Source: Candidatus Omnitrophota bacterium (GTDB lineage Bacteria > Omnitrophota > Gorgyraeia > Aquiviventales > Aquiviventaceae). From it: a stretch of 64,000 nucleotides of DNA. Both the position numbers and the translations under genes were made by a program. This document shows positions 36,338-45,281 of this stretch, one piece after another (within the stretch, counting starts at the first letter, position 1; each line of letters begins with the position of its first letter). The DNA is taken from NCBI GenBank assembly GCA_016209275.1, contig JACQWM010000007.1, forward strand, positions 6,865 to 70,864, in the 5' to 3' direction. The notes under the pieces are model-generated. The model was given only the letters and a program-made list of their open reading frames with translations, was not told where the DNA came from and searched no databases.

Positions 36338-36644
36338 CCGGGTTGGAGGTGGGGCCGGACTTCGTCAGCGGCAGATATTCAGGATGGCGTTTCAGATAGG
36401 CGCCTGAGATATACGAACACGAAGGAATCACCCTGAGTGCGCCGGTTTTCGCATACTCAAAGGCGGCTTTGCACAGCTTCTCAGCGATGCCCTGGCCCCG
36501 AAACACCTCGGGCACGTAGGTGTGATAGAGGTCAAGGTCGTTGCCGGTGCGTCGGTACATCACGCAGGCTTCGTAGCCTTCCATGGTGACACAGAAACGG
36601 CTTCCCCCGTGATCGTGTCGCACCTCGACGGATGGCTCGCTCAT
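36324..36644 (-). CDS. small GNAT-fold N-acetyltransferase (YjdJ-like)
   Basis: 106-aa minimal acetyltransferase domain (…RGQGIAEKLCKAAFEYA…). Confidence 0.55.
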   Translation of the reverse strand: MSEPSVEVRHDHGGSRFCVTMEGYEACVMYRRTGNDLDLYHTYVPEVFRGQGIAEKLCKAAFEYAKTGALRVIPSCSYISGAYLKRHPEYLPLTKSGPTSNPVVSG

Positions 36645-38265
36645 GCTCGTGATCCATTATAATAGAAGGATGGACGCTGTGGAATACCTTCTCGAGGAAA
36701 TTGCGCGCACGCTGCCGGAGAATCGCACCGCCCTTCGGAAGCTCAAAACCGCTGTGGCCTCACAAACGCGCAGGGCGGCCCTCATCCGGAATGACGCGCT
36801 GCTCAGACTCTACCGCCGGCAAGTCGAGCATGGCCAGCGCGCGTCCAATGAGCGGCTCGAGCAGATCTTAACACTCAACGGCATCCGCTCGCAGTCCGGG
36901 ATTGCCACCGTGACCGTGATCACCGAGCCGTACGCCTGCCCTGGCCGCTGCGTGTACTGCCCCACCGAGGCGCGAGCGCCCAAAAGCTACCTCACCAATG
37001 AGCCGGCCGTCATGCGCGCCCTGCGCCATGACTATGATCCGTACCGGCAAGTCACGAGCCGCTTGGAAGCGCTTGAGGAAACCGGCCATGCCACCGAGAA
37101 GATCGAACTCATCATCAAAGGCGGCACGTGGTCGTTTTATCCTCAGGCGTATCAACAGGAATTCATCAAGCGGTGCTTTGATGCCGCCAACACCCTATCG
37201 TCCCCGACACTTGAAGAAGCCCAGCGCGTGAATGAGACCGCGCAGCATCGAATGATTGGCGTGACGATTGAGACGCGGCCGGATTACATCGACGACGCAG
37301 AACTCCGACGATTGCGAAGACTTGGAGTGACGCGGGTGGAATTAGGCGTGCAGAGTCTTGAGGATTCCGTGCTGCGACTCATCGTGCGCGACCACGGAAC
37401 CATCGAAATCCGCCACGCCACGCGACGACTGAAAGATGCCGGGTTTAAAGTGGCGTATCACCTCATGCCGAATCTTCCGGGAGCGACACCAGAGAGCGAT
37501 CTTCAGACGGCGCGTCGGCTCGTTGATGATCCAGCCTACCGGCCGGATGCGATGAAAATCTACCCCTGCGTCGTCATCGACACGGCCGAGCTGTATCAGT
37601 GGTGGCGGCAGGGGCGCTATGCGCCGTATGACGATGAGACGCTCATTGAGCTGCTCATCGCGATCAAACAGCTTGTTCCGCCGTATCTGCGGATTGAACG
37701 AGTGATCCGCGACATTCCCTCCACGTCCATTCGCGCCGGGTGCCTGATCACGAATCTTCGGGAAACAACGCAGCGTCGGATGCGCGCGCAAGAACTGCGC
37801 TGCCGCTGCATCCGCTGCCGGCAAGTGCGCGGAGATACGGAAGGACCGTTTACGCTCATCCGCCGCGATTATGAGGCATCCGATGGAACGGAAATGTTCT
37901 TGAGTTTCGAGGACGTCGCGCGCGATCAGCTCGCTTCACTGCTGCGCCTGCGCATCCCGGGACGGTTGATAGCAGATATCCCGCGACGCGGGATATCTGC
38001 TATCGCCTTGTTTCCGGCACTCGAGGATGCCGCGCTGATCCGAGAGTTGCATTCCTACGGCCACCATGTGCCCCTGCATCGGCGCCGCCAAGGGGCGGTG
38101 CAGCACCGAGGGCTCGGCCAGCAGTTGCTTGAGGAGGCGGAACGCATTGCGCGGGAGGAATTCGGGAAACGCCGGATGGCCGTGATTGCCGGTGTCGGGG
38201 TGCGCGACTACTACCGGCGCTTCGGTTACGAGCTCGAAGACACCTATATGGTCAAAACGCTGTAA
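36643..38265 (+). CDS. elp3: Elp3-like radical SAM / GNAT tRNA-modification acetyltransferase
   Basis: Radical-SAM motif CPGRCVYCP, a central ELP3 domain and a C-terminal GNAT domain. 540 aa. Confidence 0.8.
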   Translation: MLVIHYNRRMDAVEYLLEEIARTLPENRTALRKLKTAVASQTRRAALIRNDALLRLYRRQVEHGQRASNERLEQILTLNGIRSQSGIATVTVITEPYACPGRCVYCPTEARAPKSYLTNEPAVMRALRHDYDPYRQVTSRLEALEETGHATEKIELIIKGGTWSFYPQAYQQEFIKRCFDAANTLSSPTLEEAQRVNETAQHRMIGVTIETRPDYIDDAELRRLRRLGVTRVELGVQSLEDSVLRLIVRDHGTIEIRHATRRLKDAGFKVAYHLMPNLPGATPESDLQTARRLVDDPAYRPDAMKIYPCVVIDTAELYQWWRQGRYAPYDDETLIELLIAIKQLVPPYLRIERVIRDIPSTSIRAGCLITNLRETTQRRMRAQELRCRCIRCRQVRGDTEGPFTLIRRDYEASDGTEMFLSFEDVARDQLASLLRLRIPGRLIADIPRRGISAIALFPALEDAALIRELHSYGHHVPLHRRRQGAVQHRGLGQQLLEEAERIAREEFGKRRMAVIAGVGVRDYYRRFGYELEDTYMVKTL

Positions 38266-38267
38266 GA

Positions 38268-38301
38268 CGATATCAGATATCGAATTCGATATCTGATATC
38301 G
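38268..38301. repeat. 34-nt perfect palindrome CGATATCAGATATCGAATTCGATATCTGATATCG (GATATCAGATAT family)
   Basis: Read directly. It lies between convergent stops of elp3 (38265) and the ferredoxin gene (38305). Confidence 0.88.
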
Positions 38302-38304
38302 CTT

Positions 38305-38619
38305 TTAGTTGACGAGTTTGTTGCCGGCTCGCTTGGGGGGATCGTTCTTGGGCCGTTCGGGCGCAGGGGGATTGTTCTTAAACTGCGGCGTCAGCTCTTT
38401 ATTGATGGCGGCATAGGCTTTGTCTTCATCTTCAGAGGCCACAATCGCCCCCACCGGACATTCCGGCAAGCAGAGGCCGCAGTTGATGCAGACTTCCGGG
38501 TCGATGATCATGAACTCCTGACCCTTGTAGTCGCCGGGATGAATGCATTCGACCGGACAGACTGTGGCACAAACTGCGTATCGATCGCCCAAGCATTTTT
38601 CCGTGATCACATACGCCAT
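38305..38619 (-). CDS. 2x[4Fe-4S]/7Fe-type ferredoxin
   Basis: CxxxxxxCxxxCP and CxxCxxCxxxCP motifs (CLGDRYAVCATVCP, CINCGLCLPECP). Confidence 0.8.
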   Translation of the reverse strand: MAYVITEKCLGDRYAVCATVCPVECIHPGDYKGQEFMIIDPEVCINCGLCLPECPVGAIVASEDEDKAYAAINKELTPQFKNNPPAPERPKNDPPKRAGNKLVN

Positions 38620-38649
38620 GACGACTCCTCCTTGCGTTTTACTGAGTTG

Positions 38650-38874
38650 TTAGAGCACCAGGTGGGAATCGGTGTCGCGCACACCGCTGAGCTGGCGGAT
38701 GGTGGAGAGAATTCCGGCGAACTCCTCGTACGGCTCGGCATCGACAAACGCGATCATGTCATGCTCGCCGGTCACCTGATAGACCATCTTGATGCCGGCG
38801 AGCTTGGCGACGGCATGCTCGACTTCCTTTTCGTGGCCGGGCACCACATCGATCATGATGAAGGCTTTCGGCAT
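38650..38874 (-). CDS. stand-alone Lrp/AsnC ligand-binding (RAM) domain protein
   Basis: 74 aa with the βαββαβ RAM-domain sequence pattern (IMIDVVPGHEKEV..., VTGEHDMIAFVDA) and no HTH. Confidence 0.5.
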   Translation of the reverse strand: MPKAFIMIDVVPGHEKEVEHAVAKLAGIKMVYQVTGEHDMIAFVDAEPYEEFAGILSTIRQLSGVRDTDSHLVL

Positions 38875-38935
38875 CGTTTCCTCTATACTAGGATATTGTA
38901 GCCTGAGTCGTCCGCCGACTCAAGCAAATCCGCTG

Positions 38936-39919
38936 ATGGCGCTCCACGCTGAAATGATACGCCGCGCGGCGCGCGGCGCGCTCCTCGCACTCATGACGGG
39001 GTGCGCCATGGCGCGCCCGATGCTTGTTGGTGTTCCGTTGACTGACTTGCGCGCGCACCCGCGCACCGTCGCACAGCCGTCGGTCCACGACCCCGAGGAA
39101 GAAACGCAATTGTTCTACGGCGAACCGGTCCGCGTGCTTGAGGAACACAACGGATGGGTGCGCGTCGAAGCGATGGAGCAAGCGGAATTTAGCCATGCCA
39201 CACGGTGGCAAGGGTACCCCGGGTGGCTGCCGAAGAGCGATCTGATGGCGGCCCATGACCAGCAGCCGCCGTCGATCGTCGTGGCTGACCCGTGGGTCGC
39301 GGCATGGACCAATGCCTATCTCACGGATGCGGCTTCCCTGCAATTCCCCATGGGCACGCTGCTCTCCGCCATCGAGATCGGCCATCAGGTGTGGCGCATT
39401 GAATTGCCCGATGGCGAGTTTGTCTGGATCCCGCATGGCGCGGCTCGCCCTCTGGAGCAGGTGGCCGCGCTGCCCCATGCCGAGAAACGGCGCATGATCC
39501 TGCACAGCGCCCAGCGGCTCATCGGCGAACCGTACTACTGGGGCGGCCGCGCAGCGCGCAGCAACGCCCGGGCGAATCGCGCCGCCGGCTTCGATTGCTC
39601 CGGGGTGGTGAACGTGGCGTATCGGACGGTCGGCCTCGCGATTCCGCGCGATGCGCACGAGCAGTTCCTGCGGGCAAAAAAGATCTCCACACTCCAGCCG
39701 GCTGACCTCATTTTTCTTTCGGCGCCGAATGATCCTTCACGCATCGTGCATGTGATGCTCTACGCGGGTGATGGCGACCTCATTGAAGCGCCCCAGACCG
39801 GGAACACGGTCCGTCGCATCAGCCTGCGTGAACGTCTTGGCCGAACGATCGATCAACTGACACCCGGCACCGTCATCGATGGACAAACGGTGTTCTTTGG
39901 GTCGTACCTACCTGCATGA
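38936..39919 (+). CDS. NlpC/P60 (C40) cell-wall peptidase lipoprotein with N-terminal SH3-like region
   Basis: ATG at 38936 verified. Lipobox LMTGC. C-terminal C40 catalytic motifs (GFDCSGVVN...H). Confidence 0.75.
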   Translation: MALHAEMIRRAARGALLALMTGCAMARPMLVGVPLTDLRAHPRTVAQPSVHDPEEETQLFYGEPVRVLEEHNGWVRVEAMEQAEFSHATRWQGYPGWLPKSDLMAAHDQQPPSIVVADPWVAAWTNAYLTDAASLQFPMGTLLSAIEIGHQVWRIELPDGEFVWIPHGAARPLEQVAALPHAEKRRMILHSAQRLIGEPYYWGGRAARSNARANRAAGFDCSGVVNVAYRTVGLAIPRDAHEQFLRAKKISTLQPADLIFLSAPNDPSRIVHVMLYAGDGDLIEAPQTGNTVRRISLRERLGRTIDQLTPGTVIDGQTVFFGSYLPA

Positions 39920-39941
39920 TCGCCAACCAAAACGAATTTTC

Positions 39942-39987
39942 GATTGACGATTTATGATTGACGATTAATTATCGACAATCGTCAATC
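39942..39987. promoter_or_regulatory. three copies of an 11-mer GATTGACGATT (two direct, one inverted) in the 5' region of the DUF819 gene
   Basis: cGATTGACGATTtatGATTGACGATTaattatcgacAATCGTCAATCgaa, 17-62 nt upstream of the ATG at 40004. Candidate operator array, read from sequence only. Confidence 0.4.
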
Positions 39988-40003
39988 GAACATCGTAAAT
40001 CCC

Positions 40004-41137
40004 ATGGCAATAGTGACCCTCCTTGGTTTGGTGGGAATAGTCCTCATCCTTCAGCGCCATCCCGCCACACATCGCCTCTTCAAGTGGCTGCCGACTCCGC
40101 TGTGGTGCTATGCCCTGCCGATGATGGCGACGACGCTCGGATGGCTGCCACGGCACCATCCTTCCTATCCGCTCTTGACCACGCTCGTGTTGCCGTTTGC
40201 GCTGGGATTGCTGCTGCTAGGCGTTGATGTCCCGGCGATCGCGCGCGTGGGCTGGCGGGCGGTCGCGGCGACGCTCCTCGGCAGTGTGAGTATCGTCCTG
40301 GGTGCGCCGCTGATGGGATGGCTCCTGCGCGCGCATCTGCCGGCTGGCGCATGGACTGGGGTGGGGACGCTCGCGGCGACGTGGACCGGCGGCAGCATGA
40401 ACCTCTTGGCGGTGCGCACGATTGTCGGCACGCCTGAGGCGATCTTCACGGTCCTCATCATCGTCGATGCGCTCATCGCCTACAGCTGGATGATCGTGCT
40501 GATGGCCGCCAGCGGTCTTCAGCAGCCGCTGGATCGTTGGTTGCGGGCCGCGCAGGCCACGTCCTCGGAGTCCCTCCCTCTCGCCGGGCCTCCCTCTCGG
40601 ATGTGGCCTGCACCTCCCGCGGCAATCATCGTCGCAATCGGGCTGACAACATCCGCGATTCTGGTTGGACGGATGCTCCCCACGACTCAGATGATTAGCT
40701 CCGCCAGCGGCTGGGTGGTATTGCTGGTGACGACGTTTGCGCTGGGCGCCTCATTCATTGCACCGATTCGACGGTTAGGCCCCGCAGCGACCTCGGTGGG
40801 CATGCCGTGTTTGTATCTAGTACTCGCCGGCATGGGAGCGCAAGCCAGCCTCTTGGCGCTGTGGGCGGCGCCGATCTGGGTCGCGTTTGGCGTCGGTGTC
40901 GCGATGTTTCACGGGGTGGTCATGCTGCTGGGCGGATGGCTGCTGCGGATTCCGCTGGGCGTGCTGGCAACGGCCAGCCAAGCGAACTTAGGGGGAGTGG
41001 CGTCCACCCCGATCGTGGGCGCGGTGTATCGTCAGGAATTGGCCGCCGTGGGGTTGTTGCTGGCGGTGGGGCTCAATGGGATCGGCACGTATCTCGGCCT
41101 CTGCTCCGCCTGGCTCGCCCGCCTTCTTCTAAGGTAG
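40004..41137 (+). CDS. polytopic membrane protein (DUF819-like)
   Basis: About 10 TM helices. The N-terminus (LFKWLPTPLWCYALPMM) resembles the DUF819 family. Low certainty on the family. Confidence 0.45.
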   Translation: MAIVTLLGLVGIVLILQRHPATHRLFKWLPTPLWCYALPMMATTLGWLPRHHPSYPLLTTLVLPFALGLLLLGVDVPAIARVGWRAVAATLLGSVSIVLGAPLMGWLLRAHLPAGAWTGVGTLAATWTGGSMNLLAVRTIVGTPEAIFTVLIIVDALIAYSWMIVLMAASGLQQPLDRWLRAAQATSSESLPLAGPPSRMWPAPPAAIIVAIGLTTSAILVGRMLPTTQMISSASGWVVLLVTTFALGASFIAPIRRLGPAATSVGMPCLYLVLAGMGAQASLLALWAAPIWVAFGVGVAMFHGVVMLLGGWLLRIPLGVLATASQANLGGVASTPIVGAVYRQELAAVGLLLAVGLNGIGTYLGLCSAWLARLLLR

Positions 41138-41767
41138 ATGCCGGAAGACGCCGACGACTTTGCCGAGGATCGAGAGCGGCTGCTGCTTCGTCACGAGGAT
41201 CGGCTCCATGCTGGGATGCTCCGGCTGCAGCCGAATCTGATCGTCTTCTTTAAAGAACCGCTTGACCGTCGCCTCATCGCCTAAGAGGGCGACGGCGATT
41301 TCGCCATTGTCCACCGTCGGCTGCTGGCGCACGATCACAAAATCTCCCTCCAAAATCCCGGCGTTAATCATGCTGTCGCCCTTGACCTTCAGGGCAAAAT
41401 GCGCCGGCGCTTCAGCAGCCGCGGTCGTCGTCTTCCCGATCCAGCTGCCGTCGACCACCAGATGGCCTTCCACGTTCTGCTGGGCTAAGACGGGTTCACC
41501 CGCCCGCACGCGCCCGACGATCGGCACCCAGAGGGCTTGTTCAAAGGGTGCCACGATATCCAGCAAGCTGATGCTGCGCGCGCGCGGTTCGCGTTTCAAA
41601 AATCCTTTTTTCGCAATGGCATCAAGGTGCGTGGTCACGCCGCGCAGGCTCTTAATCCCCATCGACTTGCCGATCTCACGGATCGTCGGCGGATAGCCCC
41701 GCTGCCTGATCCAGCCGCGGATCGTCTCCAGCACCGTATGTTGTCGCTTGGTGAGTTGCTTTGCCAT
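41129..41767 (-). CDS. lexA: LexA repressor
   Basis: N-terminal winged HTH and C-terminal S24 peptidase with the Ala-Gly cleavage region and Ser/Lys dyad (GDSMINAGI...VKRF). Confidence 0.88.
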   Translation of the reverse strand: MAKQLTKRQHTVLETIRGWIRQRGYPPTIREIGKSMGIKSLRGVTTHLDAIAKKGFLKREPRARSISLLDIVAPFEQALWVPIVGRVRAGEPVLAQQNVEGHLVVDGSWIGKTTTAAAEAPAHFALKVKGDSMINAGILEGDFVIVRQQPTVDNGEIAVALLGDEATVKRFFKEDDQIRLQPEHPSMEPILVTKQQPLSILGKVVGVFRHLP

Positions 41768-41776
41768 CTCAACACT

Positions 41777-41868
41777 CGATATCAGATATGATTGAGGCTT
41801 TTGATATCTGATATGGCCTCATCACGAGCGATATCAGATATGAAAAGGGCATTTCATATCTGATATCG
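41777..41868. repeat. two adjacent GATATCAGATAT-family hairpins in the lexA 5' region
   Basis: 41777-41816 is cgatatcagatatga(ttgaggcttt)tgatatctgatatgg (imperfect). 41829-41868 is cgatatcagatatgaaaagggcatttcatatctgatatcg (one central mismatch). The first starts 9 nt upstream of the lexA ATG (41767). Confidence 0.85.
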
Positions 41869-41892
41869 TACTTAAGGATACTAGACGGGCGT

Positions 41893-42636
41893 CTAGATTT
41901 CAAGACCCTTGAGCGTGCCGACGACAGAGCGGAGTTGATCGCGCATGGCGGCCAACTGCTCATCGGACAAGGCGGCTTCAAATAATTTTTGCATGAGGGT
42001 GACTGCGTTCCGCAGCGATCCGGTCGCTTCCCGCAGGCGGCGCCGCTGAAACTGCCGCTCGCTGACCTGGCAGAATAATTGGCTCATGCGGATGGCCGTC
42101 GCCGTATCCGTTGGCACATTGTGCAGCGCGTTGCCGTACGCGAAGAGGGCTTTCTCTGCGTCGCCGGCGACCTCAAAACCGTTGCCGAGCCGCTGCCAAT
42201 ACTCAAACCCCACGCGCGGCTCGGCAAACCGGATGTCATGATCCGGAAGCACGTCAATCCCCCAGGCGTTGAGGATCGGATAACTGAACAGGTGGAGGCT
42301 CAGCATCACCGGCTGGCCGTTGCGAAACACCAGCACCGCGGCCTTGGTCGTCCGGCCCTTCATCCGAGTTGACACAGCCGCGAAGTCGTCAATCGAATGC
42401 AGCTCCTGGTCGTCGACGCGCACGATGATGTCATCGGGCCGCACGTCGGCGAGCGCGGCTTGCGAGTTCTCATCGACGCTGACCACGCGAACACCAACGG
42501 GGCTGTCGGCCACCACCACCCCGCGGAAGACTGACGGCAACTGGCCGGCTTCGCTAGTGAGACAGTGAGAGAGTGAGAGAGTGAGTAAGGGAATGCTGAC
42601 GGTAGCCCGCATGAATCTCCACCAGATCTGTTCCAT
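41893..42636 (-). CDS. secreted PDZ-domain protein with a C-terminal helical (TPR-like) region
   Basis: Signal peptide, PDZ-like segment (GVVVADSPVGVRVVSVDENSQAALADVRPDDIIVRVD) and a helical C-terminus. Last gene of the Bat-like block. Confidence 0.55.
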   Translation of the reverse strand: MEQIWWRFMRATVSIPLLTLSLSHCLTSEAGQLPSVFRGVVVADSPVGVRVVSVDENSQAALADVRPDDIIVRVDDQELHSIDDFAAVSTRMKGRTTKAAVLVFRNGQPVMLSLHLFSYPILNAWGIDVLPDHDIRFAEPRVGFEYWQRLGNGFEVAGDAEKALFAYGNALHNVPTDTATAIRMSQLFCQVSERQFQRRRLREATGSLRNAVTLMQKLFEAALSDEQLAAMRDQLRSVVGTLKGLEI

Positions 42637-42680
42637 CTTTTCCCTATCTCACTGCCTCCCTATCTCGCTTTCTCACTCAG

Positions 42681-45281
42681 TCACAGCATTGTTCCGCCGC
42701 GAAGGGCGATGTCAACGAGCAGCGCGACAATCGCCAGCGGCAGCCACCAGTGGAACATCGGCGCCGTCGTGGTCACCGGAGCGGTCAGCGGGACAAAGGC
42801 GCGATCCGGCGCATTGTAGACGCCGTGGGTTCCGCCGGAAAGCGAGCGCAGCAAGCGTTCTTCGGGTGGCTGGCCGGTGATTTCGCCCTCGGCCGTCGGC
42901 GCCCCGACGCGGATCCAGCGCTTTGTTTCCACCGAAATCTGCCGCTGCTCCGCCGCCGCCTCAGGGGAGGCGATGGTCGAATCAAGCCGCAGCTGATGCC
43001 AGCCTCCAGGCACCTGCTCCAAGGAGGCCTGCCAGCGCCAAGCCCCATGTTGAACGAGGGGGAGAGGGATTTCGCCCGAGCCGTCGCCGGCAAGCAACCG
43101 CGCCTTAGGATCGGTCAGCGCGCCTTCAATGACCAGGTGAGGCGCCGATCCGGTATCATCAACCCACGTGAAGAGTTCCTCGCTCATCCGCGGCCGCATC
43201 GCCCACCGCGCGATGTGCGCCCATGTCGCCTCATAGCCGGGCCAGCGGACCCACTCGGGCGACCAGCGACTGTGCGCATCCGACAGAAACGACACCACCC
43301 GCCCTTTGCCTCGCATCCATCGCGCCAGCAGCGGATCGTCCCCCTTCGCCAAGGCTTCGGGGGACAGGTCCCCCTCGCCGCCGTTGATCGTCAGATCCAC
43401 GCGGGCCTCGGGCTTGGCCGTCGCGGTCAGATAGCCGCGCAGCGCCGGCCACTCCGGAACCTCGGCGAACCAATCCGAGGAGGGCGCGCGCTGCGGACGG
43501 AAATTCCCCTCGGCAAACGGCAGGCGGTCGAGCATCTGCTGGGTATCCCGCGCGAGCAGATGCGGCAGCTCCTCCAGCGAATTCATCTGATAAAACCTGC
43601 CACCGGTGCTGCGGGAGAGGTACTGCAAGTAGTCGGTGTTGATGAACGCCGAGCCGATGCCGATGGTGCTGATCGTGATGCGCTCCTTCTGAAACGCCTG
43701 CAGCATCGTGGCGTAGGACTGCCGCAACTCCGCAAACGGCGTGTTGCCGTCGGAGAGAAGAATGATGTGCTTGATGGTCGCCCCGGTCGCCTCCAGGCGA
43801 GTGGCCGCCGCAGCCAACGCCGGGTACACATCGGTGCCGCCGGTCGCGCGCAGCTTCACCAAGGTGTCCACGAGCGACGCGGTCACCCCTCCGGCCGGCT
43901 GCACCTCGGCCACCACATACGGTTTCGTATCGAACGCCAGCATCCCCACGAGGTCCTCCGGGGAGAGCTGCTTGATGAGGGCCACCGCCGCGCGCTTCGT
44001 GGCGGCGATGCGCGGGCCGAACATGGATTGCGATCGGTCGATCAAGAGGATGACGCAGATGCGCCGCTTGGCTTCACGCAGGCCTTTGGGATCAAAGCGC
44101 ACCGGCAGCAGCTCATCGAGGGGCGAGGCGGTGGCGATTTCATGCGCGAGATCGCCGCCTAAGCCCACCATCAGCAGCCCGCCGCCGAGCTCCACAGAGC
44201 GCCGCAGCTCATCGACTTGGGCCGGGCTCAGTGCGCTCTTGGGCAGATTGTCCAGGAGGACCGCATCGGCGTTGCGCAGCCGATCGGCCGAAAGATCCGC
44301 GGGGCGCATAACGCTGACATCCATCTGCCGTTGCTTCAAGACGGCGGCCAGCGGCGATGGCGCCGAGGGATGCTCGGTGACTAGGATGAGCTGCGGCGGC
44401 CCCTCGATTTCCGTATAGGCCTGCCGCTGCTCGTCCACCCCATCGGATGGAATCCGCAGATGCACGGTCAGCGCCATGGTGCCGCGCTGAATCGCCGGAA
44501 CGGTCACCGTCGCCACCTGCCAGCCGCTCCGCAGGCGCATCGCCTGCTGTTTCACGGTGATACCCTGCAGGGCGATCGCCGCCTGGCCGTCTTTCATCGT
44601 CTGCGCCGCATTGAAGATGACCAGCCGCACCGGGATCGCCCCCCCGCGCTGAACGCTCGGCGGCACGAGCAGATCATCCCACACCGTCTTCGTCTCATTG
44701 AACACCGGAACCGTCACGGGAAACACGCTCAGGCCGCGCCCACGGAGTGCCGCCACGACCATCGCAGTGCTCCCCATCGTTTCGTGCCCATCGCTGAAGA
44801 GCACGAGGCTCGTCCGCCCGGGCGTGCTAGATGCTGCCAGCGCAGACAGCAAGGCCCCCTCAAGATCGGTGCGATCATCCCCCACCGAGGCCTGGCGGAG
44901 CAGCCGCTCAATGACTGAGGGATCGGTCAGCGCCTCGGTGCCCCAGTCCGCGACGGAGGCGGTATCCCGGCCGAACGCCATGACGGCGCGGGAGAGCCGC
45001 GAGGGACGGATCGCTTCCAGCGACGCCAGCCGCCGGGCGATCCACGCGCGTTGGCGCGGATCGATGCTGGCGGATTGGTCCACCAGGTACAGGATCTGGC
45101 GGGGGGCCTCATGGCTCCACCGGCGAGGAAACGCCCACAGCGCTGCGCACACCATGGCGATGGCGAGCAGCCGAGCGCCCACGGCGATGGCTTTGCGGGC
45201 ACCCGCCAGCGGAATCTTCTGACTGAGCCACAGCACCAATCCCATGAGTGCGAGCGAGATCGCCAGATGAGAAAAGTTCAT
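42681..45281 (-). CDS. membrane-anchored double-VWA-domain protein (BatB-like)
   Basis: N-terminal two-TM BatA-type anchor and two MIDAS motifs (DQSAS and DRSQS). 866 aa. ATGA overlap with the upstream BatA-like gene. Confidence 0.75.
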   Translation of the reverse strand: MNFSHLAISLALMGLVLWLSQKIPLAGARKAIAVGARLLAIAMVCAALWAFPRRWSHEAPRQILYLVDQSASIDPRQRAWIARRLASLEAIRPSRLSRAVMAFGRDTASVADWGTEALTDPSVIERLLRQASVGDDRTDLEGALLSALAASSTPGRTSLVLFSDGHETMGSTAMVVAALRGRGLSVFPVTVPVFNETKTVWDDLLVPPSVQRGGAIPVRLVIFNAAQTMKDGQAAIALQGITVKQQAMRLRSGWQVATVTVPAIQRGTMALTVHLRIPSDGVDEQRQAYTEIEGPPQLILVTEHPSAPSPLAAVLKQRQMDVSVMRPADLSADRLRNADAVLLDNLPKSALSPAQVDELRRSVELGGGLLMVGLGGDLAHEIATASPLDELLPVRFDPKGLREAKRRICVILLIDRSQSMFGPRIAATKRAAVALIKQLSPEDLVGMLAFDTKPYVVAEVQPAGGVTASLVDTLVKLRATGGTDVYPALAAAATRLEATGATIKHIILLSDGNTPFAELRQSYATMLQAFQKERITISTIGIGSAFINTDYLQYLSRSTGGRFYQMNSLEELPHLLARDTQQMLDRLPFAEGNFRPQRAPSSDWFAEVPEWPALRGYLTATAKPEARVDLTINGGEGDLSPEALAKGDDPLLARWMRGKGRVVSFLSDAHSRWSPEWVRWPGYEATWAHIARWAMRPRMSEELFTWVDDTGSAPHLVIEGALTDPKARLLAGDGSGEIPLPLVQHGAWRWQASLEQVPGGWHQLRLDSTIASPEAAAEQRQISVETKRWIRVGAPTAEGEITGQPPEERLLRSLSGGTHGVYNAPDRAFVPLTAPVTTTAPMFHWWLPLAIVALLVDIALRGGTML

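Noticed and set aside
41768-41892. The palindromes upstream of lexA, considered as the LexA operator (SOS box)
   Set aside because: The same palindrome occurs at nuo, ABC-transporter and convergent-terminator positions, so it is a dispersed repeat and not a lexA-specific operator. It is kept as a separate finding.
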